From Camelus dromedarius (Eukaryota), in contig NC_087447.1 of assembly GCF_036321535.1 (NCBI RefSeq), positions 434,001-498,000 of the forward strand: DNA of 64,000 bases, written 5' to 3'. How positions within the stretch are numbered: position 1 is the stretch's first letter; the number at the start of each line of letters is the position of its first letter. The notes beneath the pieces were generated by a model, which was given only the letters and a program-made list of their open reading frames with translations, was not told where the DNA came from and ran no database searches. Below, one piece after another: positions 32,053 to 64,000 of this stretch. The position numbers were made by a program, and so were the translations under genes.

Positions 32053-35000
32053 AGAAAGCCCAGAAAACAGACCCCACAGAGCCAGGTCCTGGCTCTGGCC
32101 CTGGGGTGGGTGGGGAGGCTCCGCCCAAGGAGAAGTCTGGGGCACAGGGGAAGCCCTTGCCTGGAAAGGCTGTCCCCAGCTCATATCCTTCCCTTACGAG
32201 CTCCCTCCCCTATACATCCTGCCCGCTGCTGCCCACCCCGACCCTGACGGCTGTTCCCAAGCCAGCAGCCTCCTCCCCGCATCCCAGTGGCCCCACTCCA
32301 CTGTCCCTGCAAGACACAGCTGAGCTGGCCCTGCCCACTGCTTTGGCAGCTGCCTTAAGGTCAGAATACAGCTCACTGTCAGCTCCTGACCTGACCCTAG
32401 AGGCCCAAAGCCTGGAGGCGGCCTGGGGTGCGGGGTGGTCTCATGGAGGCAGCCTCCCTCCAGGAGGGCTCGGGTGAGAGCAGGGGCGCCGCCCCTCCCC
32501 CACCCACAGTGTGGCCCCTTCAACCAGAAACAAACCAGCCCGCCGGGGGCGCAAGAAGCACGGGAGATGCGAAGCCGCTGCGCCCCAGGGCTGTGGCTGA
32601 GCATTCCTGTCCAGGACACTGCCTGTGACCAAGACAGTCACTGCCAGGTGCTAAGTTCCCTCTAAACATGAGAAATGGGCTGTGAGGTGCATGGCATGGG
32701 GCCTCACCGTGTTAAAATATTTCTGGAGGGGCCACCCCTCCCCATCTCTGGGTGATGACCCTCTCCTGCTCAGGGTCTCAGCTGCTGCCTCCTCCGAGAA
32801 GCCTCTCCTGACCACCCCCCAGGACCAGCCTGTCCCTGGGAGAGGCTTGTCCTCAGGGAACTAAGAACTGGGGGCTGATGCTGATGAGGGGTGCCGTGTC
32901 CTTGTGCCCCCCAGCGTCTGACACAAGGTGGGAGTGGGGGGAACCTGGCAGGACCCCAGCTCTGGTCGCCACTTCAGCTTCCAGCACCTTCTGGCCTGTG
33001 AAGCAGGACTGCTGCAGCGGACACCTGGGTCCCCCCAGGAGGGGCCCAGGTGGCATGACCTCCCCTGGGCCAGACGCCTGCCCCGGAGCTGGGCTTTGGT
33101 CCCTCCGGGAACCTCAGACCTGAAGTACAGACCAGGGAGGCGGCCACTGGGCTGACAGCAGGGTCAGGGCTGGAGAAAGGGGCTCTGACTGTGGCCCCTG
33201 CTGTCCATTTCCGTTGCTCATGCCACATGAGCCTGAGGGCCTTCTGTGGTCACTTCCGGTGGTCAGAGCTGGCTTCTGCTGCCTCCAAGAGGGTCTCAAG
33301 CAGCACATACTTGCCAGCTGGCCATGGGGACCTGCTGCTCTGCCCACCCCACCCGGGGGTCCACATGCTCCTCCTATCTCTTGTATGCCAGGGGAGCTGC
33401 TAAGAGGGCTGGGCTAGGGGGTGCACCTCATCTCAGGAGCAGAGCTGAGGATGGGCTGGGACCTGCTCATGGTCCCGCAGTGTCCCGGCCACCTAGTGGG
33501 AAGACTCCTGTGACCCCCAAGAGGGGGACAGGTGGACATGGGGGACAGGTGCAGATCCACGGAGCCTGGCTGACCTGGAGGCCCCAGTAGGCCCCAGACT
33601 GTCCCTACACACTGGAACAGACCCACTGTTCTGAGGGTCACCCCAGCCTGCAGCTCCGGGAGCCTCAGCTCAGAGGACCTGCACTCCCACCGGCTGACAG
33701 AGCCGGCCCGCTCTGCCCCTCCTGCTGCTTCTGGCAGGAGACGCGGAACTGCGATGATGCTGATGCACCCTTGGCGCCCGGACAGCGATTTCCAGGAGCC
33801 ACCTGATGTCCAGGGTGACGTGGAGACAGCTTCACAAGCTCCAAAATGATATACTTTGGAAAACCAGGCCCAAAATGTGCGGCCCGCCCCCCAAGGTTCT
33901 ATTTTAAAGAAAATGTGAGGAGGAAGCGGCCCCATGGTCCCAGGAACCATGCCCCGCCAACAGCTTCCCTGCAGAGCCTGGTCCCAGGGAGGCTGCTGCC
34001 CAGAGCTGCCGCGGGATGGGACCAGGATGTCTCCCCGTAGGCCACGCGTCCGCCAAGTCGCCGCTCTGGCATTTCCAGGTTTGGGGGGCCCTTCTCGGGA
34101 CAAAGCCCTTCACCAACCCCTCTGCCGAGGCTGCCACGGCCCCGCTCCCCGCGTCCTCACCTTCCCGCCCCCTCTGCTCTGCAGACCATCCCCCCACACC
34201 CTGCAGGGCTGGGCCCCTGCAGGCTGGAAAGGCAGGAAGAGGAAACCAGCACGGGGGCGTCACAAGCACTTGTTACATGAATGAAACCCAAGTAAACCCG
34301 CTTCATCCACAGAGGCCGCCTGGAACGAGGCATGGGGGCTCCTGGAGAGCCAGGCTCGGCCTGGGGAGATGGGCTCCTGCGCTCACACCCACTTCCTGCC
34401 GGGTCTTCAGCCACCCCCTCAGCTTACTGGGGAGCCAATGTCCCCAGAGGCAAGTGTCCACGGGCTGTGGACTCAGAAGAACCTTCTGGAAGCAGAGAGA
34501 GAGAATCTTTCCACTCGGTAGTGGTGTCAACGTGGCAGACAGTGCTGCAGAGGTGGCGTCAGTCAGTTCAAGTCTGTGAATTAGTCTGAACAGCTGGGCT
34601 GCGTCAGGCTGCCCTCGAGGGATCCTTCCGCTGCACCGAGCCTCCGCCTTCTCCCCCGACGCCCTCCGGGCACAGATCAAGTGATGCAGGCCTAGGGCTC
34701 TCCTGGAGACTTGGGTTCCCGGGATGGCCTGCGCAGCTGGGAGGGGCCGGGGTCTCAGGCGCAGAGGGGAGGAGGCACCTCTTCCGGGTTACACTCCAGC
34801 CCTGCCAGGGAGGCCGCAGGTCCAGACACCGCGTCACCCAGAGACTGCACGGGGGCTCGGCTGTCCCGGCTGGCGGCTCCAGGCCTGAGGGATCCTGGTG
34901 TAGGGGCAGTGCCCCGCCTCCCAGCTCCTGGATGGATGGAGGGCTGCAGGCCGGCCTTGCCTGACCCAGTGGGCAACGCACGTTCCGAGTCCGGCGTCCG

Positions 35001-35068
35001 AGCTGCGCAATCAGGCCAGTGAAAGCGAGCCCCCCACCCGGCATCAGGGGTGGGCGCGGGGCATCAAC

Positions 35069-35074
35069 TTTATT
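35069..35074 (-). terminator. DEAF1 polyadenylation signal AATAAA
   Basis: TTTATT on the + strand, ~280 nt past the DEAF1 stop codon. Confidence 0.8.
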
Positions 35075-35350
35075 GACAGACACATATGTACACGCGTGTT
35101 ACAGGACACCACACACCGTAGGGAAGACCAGATGCTCATGATCCAGGGGATAAAAACAGCACCGTGAGCGGCGTCCACCGGCCGCACCGGAGAGGCCGCG
35201 CTCCGCCCTTCCTCGGGGCTGGCAGCAGGCGTCCACTTCCAAGGGCGCCGGTCACTCAGTGTTCGCTATCAACTTGGCCAGCAAGTTTCTTCTCCTCCTT
35301 CTCAGCATCCCTGCCATCCTGGGGTCCTTCCCGTGCCAGGCCTGCAGCCC

Positions 35351-62846
<27,496 letters not shown>

Positions 62847-63827
62847 TAAACGTTCTTCATTTTGTAATGTGGTTCTTAGAGACACTTGATTTAAACTGCT
62901 TAACCATTGTTTTGTGGGCCTCATCTAAGTGTCAGTAATGATTAGTTTATCCAGAAGCTTTGTCCACAAGACAATACTGGCAGCAACCTCGGTGGGGACA
63001 CTTCCTGTTTGGAAGGCTATTGGGCACAAGCCGCTGGGTGACGGACGGCACCGAGATTAGATCCCAGCTTAGCCATCACTCCGGGGCCCCACAGTATTCA
63101 CCTCACCTCCTTCCTCCCCTTCCGTTGGCCTCAGCGGTCAGGAGGTGAAGGATCTGGAAAGTTCTGTCATGTCTCCACCAGGGCTCCCTCAGCCCCCTAG
63201 TCCAGCTCCCAGGGCCCCAAGTCTGGAGCCCCTTACAACACCCTGACAGCCAGCTCCCAGCTCCTCATTGCTCACCGCTGGTGTTCAGGCCCCCACGTGC
63301 CCCAGCGCAGGCACAAGTCTGTGATAACGCCTGTTTCAAACCGGATGGTGCTGTGCATGTCCCACTGACCCATCTAAAAAGCGCTCCTGTAGTTGGAATC
63401 GCTGATAAATCAAGGACAGCTGTACCTCCAGGCCCCGCACACCTGTGACACCCGGGCAACAGCAAACAGGTGCGTGCTGGGGACTCCAGGAGTGGATGGG
63501 AGCCGATCTCCTCAGCTGTCCTGCTGAGCTGGCTGGGCAGTGGCAGACGGCACCGCCGTTGCTGGGCCCTTGCCCGCCTGCCCTTCTTTGAGCCCCCGTG
63601 CATGCTGAAGGCTCCCGGCCGGGTGGTCAGCCCACGGCAGCTGGAGCTATGCGTCTTCCGTGCTGACCCATTTGTTTGTGAAATACGCGCTTGCTTTGTT
63701 TTTTTGTAATACTCCTGAAGTTTTCCAGAATGACCTTAGCCAAGAGTAAAACATTTTTGGAAATGTTAAACAAAATCCCCTCAGTCCACCTGGAATTAGG
63801 AAAAGGTGTCAAAATTCAATTGGGCTC

Positions 63828-63968
63828 TTTTTTTTTTAGTTCTTTTTTGTGCGTGGGGTGGGGGGTAATTAGGTTTATTTATTTAATTTTAGAGGAGGTA
63901 CTGGGGGTTGAACCCAGGACCTTGTCCGTGCTGAGCATGTGCTCTGCCGCTTGAGCTATAGCCTCCCC
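63828..63968 (-). mobile_element. Vic-1-like SINE (long form)
   Basis: GGTAATTAGGTTTATTTATTTAATTTTAGAGGAGGTACTGGGGGTTGAACCCAGGACC...TTGAGCTATAGCCTCCCC. Confidence 0.85.
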
Positions 63969-64000
63969 ACCGGGATCAGTTCTAGAAATGCTGACTCCCT

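Noticed and set aside
30452-32247. Long overlapping ORFs (342 aa, 474 aa, and antisense 231/118 aa) around DRD4 exons 3-4
   Set aside because: Explained by exon 3, the frame-preserving VNTR and read-through of short introns; no independent evidence.

Overview
Mammalian genomic DNA, GC-rich and gene-dense, syntenic with human 11p15.5. Seven copies of a tRNA-derived SINE resembling the camelid Vic-1 family suggest a camel, llama or alpaca origin (inference). Gene order: 3' end of PHRF1 (+), IRF7 (-), CDHR5 (-), SCT (-), an ~11 kb block of nested L1/MER2/SINE/solo-LTR repeats with six N-runs, DRD4 (+), DEAF1 (-), and the 5' part of TMEM80 (+), which is divergent from DEAF1 at a shared CpG island. 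I reconstructed exon-intron structures by hand from splice sites and reading-frame continuity; ortholog comparisons are from memory and need checking. I see no new multi-gene system. The most notable observations are: a 1-nt frameshift extending the IRF7 C-terminus; an in-frame 48-nt fossil intron inside IRF7; an Arg18Gln change in mature secretin; an intact solo LTR with a 6-bp TSD; an RE1/REST-like site just upstream of the DRD4 ATG; a 13-unit 18-bp coding VNTR in DRD4; two GC-AG introns in DEAF1; a helically phased TTCG array in the DEAF1 5' region; and a strong out-of-frame upstream AUG in TMEM80.
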